Shown in pieces: positions 61,853-64,000 of a stretch of 64,000 nt of DNA. This DNA is from Vitrella brassicaformis CCMP3155 (lineage: Eukaryota; Protista; Chromerida): positions 62,001 through 126,000 of the forward strand of contig CDMY01000270.1 in NCBI GenBank assembly GCA_001179505.1, read 5' to 3'. Positions within the stretch are counted from its first letter, which is position 1; each line of letters opens with the position of its first letter. Under the pieces are notes generated by a model that worked only from the letters and a program-made list of their open reading frames with translations, did no database searches and was not told the origin of the DNA. The position numbers and the translations under genes were made by a program.

Positions 61853-64000
61853 ATGCCGACAGGTTTCTTCCTTTTCGACCGTCGCTTCGTTGAGTGGCGC
61901 AATGAGCACTTCAAGCAGCAGCGGCTGAGAAAGATTTCCATTGGGTTCTTGCTCCTGGCGTGTGGCTTTGCGCTTTGCCTCGTCGGGACTGCGTGGGGGG
62001 AGATCAGCGACTTTTTGGCCGGACTTGACACGGATGGGATGGATTCCTGCCCTTTAAATGACACGGTGACGACTGCATTGGGCGATTCATCCAAGTGCAG
62101 CTCCGTCACAGAGGAGAAACGGATCAGTGAGGACGTCGACCGAAGTGGTCATCGGGCAACCATTGTGTCTCTGTTTTTCATTACTGTTCTGTTCTTCTGC
62201 CTGCTCGGACTGGTAAGCATGGTGTAGGTTGCTTGGCCGTCCTACGCTTTCACGGTGTGTTCCGCCATTCTCCGCTTCTTCTGTTTCCTGCAGGTACACA
62301 CGCAACGGGGGTCTTCGTTCGTGACAGATCGCTATGTGGCAATCACAATCGCCATGGCTTTCTTCGTCAGCACCATCGGTCATCTTTCTAATGTCACGTA
62401 AGTGCAGATCAACTGGCAAAGGAGCAGCAGCTGTTGATGAATGTGTCCGTCTCTAACCTTTCCTTGCACAGTGGCATGCCATCAAAAGCGTTTGGATGCT
62501 TTGTATTTGGAAGCGACTCCTTCAGCATCAAGGTGTTTGCGGCTCTCATCATTCCCATGCCAGTAAGCGAGTACGCCTCTCGTCCGCACAAACGACACAT
62601 TCGAAGGGCCGGCCTGTGGCTGACTAAATGCAGACACACATTGCTCTAATGTTTCAAGTGTTTGACAATGTGGCGCTGGTGGCGACTTTCTACATGTTTC
62701 TCCACGAATGGAACGCCAAGGAGTTATTGCGCTCGGGCAAAGTGAGCAACATGGATGGCGTCTCCACGAGTGAAAGCCTCACCCCTGAGAACTGGGAGCT
62801 GTTTGCGATCGCCACAGCAATGTAACTCAAGGGAAGCAAAGGGAAGGCTGTCTTCCGTCTTGAATGTTGGTTTTTCAGGTTCATCATGGCAGGCATGTTC
62901 TTCGTGTGGTCAGCCTGGCTGAGAGACACTCAGGACCACCAGCTATTCTGTGAACATGTGAAGCGGGTTGAAGCGGAGGAGAATCGCAAATCGTTCATCA
63001 GCTATATCCTACACGAAAGTGAGGATGCCTGCACTTGAGTCTGCACTTCTCGGCAATGTATGTACATGGCTTGCTGTCCAGTCAGGAATCCGCTTAGCGG
63101 CTGCGGGCTGATCCTCAGTGAGTGCACGAGTCGCCTGCAGCTGCCAGACATGCCCCCAGCTATCGACGACCTACGGCAACGCGACGACACTGTTCAGTCA
63201 TGGCTCGATACATTCCTTTATCTCTTCTCCACGGTCGAATCGCAAGTAAGACTCGAACACAGTCTAGCTTGGTCGGTTTGTTAGCTATGTTGTCTCTTTC
63301 ATTCGTCGATGTCAGTTGGAGTCCATCAATTATGTATCGAATGACTGCCTCGCGCTAGAGAAGCTGGAAGCAGGATGGTACGCGGCATATCCGGTCGGAT
63401 TCATGGCATGCCACTTCTTCCGTATCTGCCTCGTGTCAGTTTCGACTTTGAATTCACGGCCTTCAACGTTCTACAGTGGCTTCATGAGTAAGGGACCACC
63501 CGACGCTCTTCGACGCTGTCCTCTTGATAGATGGCGGCAACGTATGACGGCATGTGTCTCTCCCAGGCTCTACGAGAACGTCAAGCTGTCATTTGTCCTG
63601 CAAGGCCTTAGGCTGAAGCTGTCGATTCCTGCACCCCTCTTGTTCGACTGGTATGCTCCGCAAGAACCAGAAGTCCGAAATGACGAGCACGAGGGCGACA
63701 AGTCGGCTGTCTATCTGCCGCTGGTTTCCCGCGTTCGCGGTGTCGCTGACCACAATCGTCTCGCACAAGTCCTCAGTAACTTTCTCAGCAACGCGAAGAA
63801 ATTCAGTCCAAAGGGATCGACGGTGTCCCTGAAGGTCAGCGGGCACAGTGAGCACCGTCAACCAAGATGACGTTGGCTTTTTTCCCTTCTTTTTCTCGTG
63901 GTGATCTACAGGTGGCTTTGCTGCGTCCAGTGAGCAGCAAATCTCGATCAGTAGAGGGCAACCTTGTCCGCATATCAGTAGAAGATCAGGTGCGCATGCA
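61853..64000 (+). CDS. Membrane-bound sensor histidine kinase (continues beyond the window; start could be as early as 61646)
   Basis: Several N-terminal TM segments; H-box RKSFISYILHE|IRNPL; N-box DHNRLAQVLSNFLSNAKKFSPKG; start of the G1 box RISVEDQ| at the window edge. Confidence 0.85.

Overview
Intron-rich, GC-rich eukaryotic nuclear DNA with seven ~300-N placeholder gaps. It is most likely a chromerid alveolate such as Vitrella brassicaformis. That is inference from intron style, lineage-specific repeat families and bipartite plastid-type presequences; no database was searched. Two regions (1-7 kb and 23-33 kb) are tandem arrays of an orphan multi-exon gene family. These proteins start MGNxxT, some copies carry a C-terminal TPR module, several are broken by frameshift or nonsense lesions, and copies with a visible 5' end sit head-to-head with a partner orphan gene. 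The rest holds recognisable genes: Misato, adenosine deaminase, a cNMP-binding protein, a TenA-like protein, a putative plastid Rossmann-fold protein, ubiquitin-RPL40, a putative homeodomain-like regulator, MAK/ICK kinase, Mdm35/TRIAP1, ppGalNAc-transferase, PIF1, a coiled-coil protein, NudC and a sensor histidine kinase. The main unexplained patterns are: (1) almost all genes form divergent pairs; six of seven single-copy divergent gaps carry TGCGAGCT and the seventh carries GGCGAGCT; (2) two near-identical introns sit at unrelated positions in the ADA gene; (3) introns are polarised, with (AC)n/(GACA)n near the donor and complementary (GT)n/(TGTC)n near the acceptor. Exon boundaries were read by eye and are approximate unless stated.
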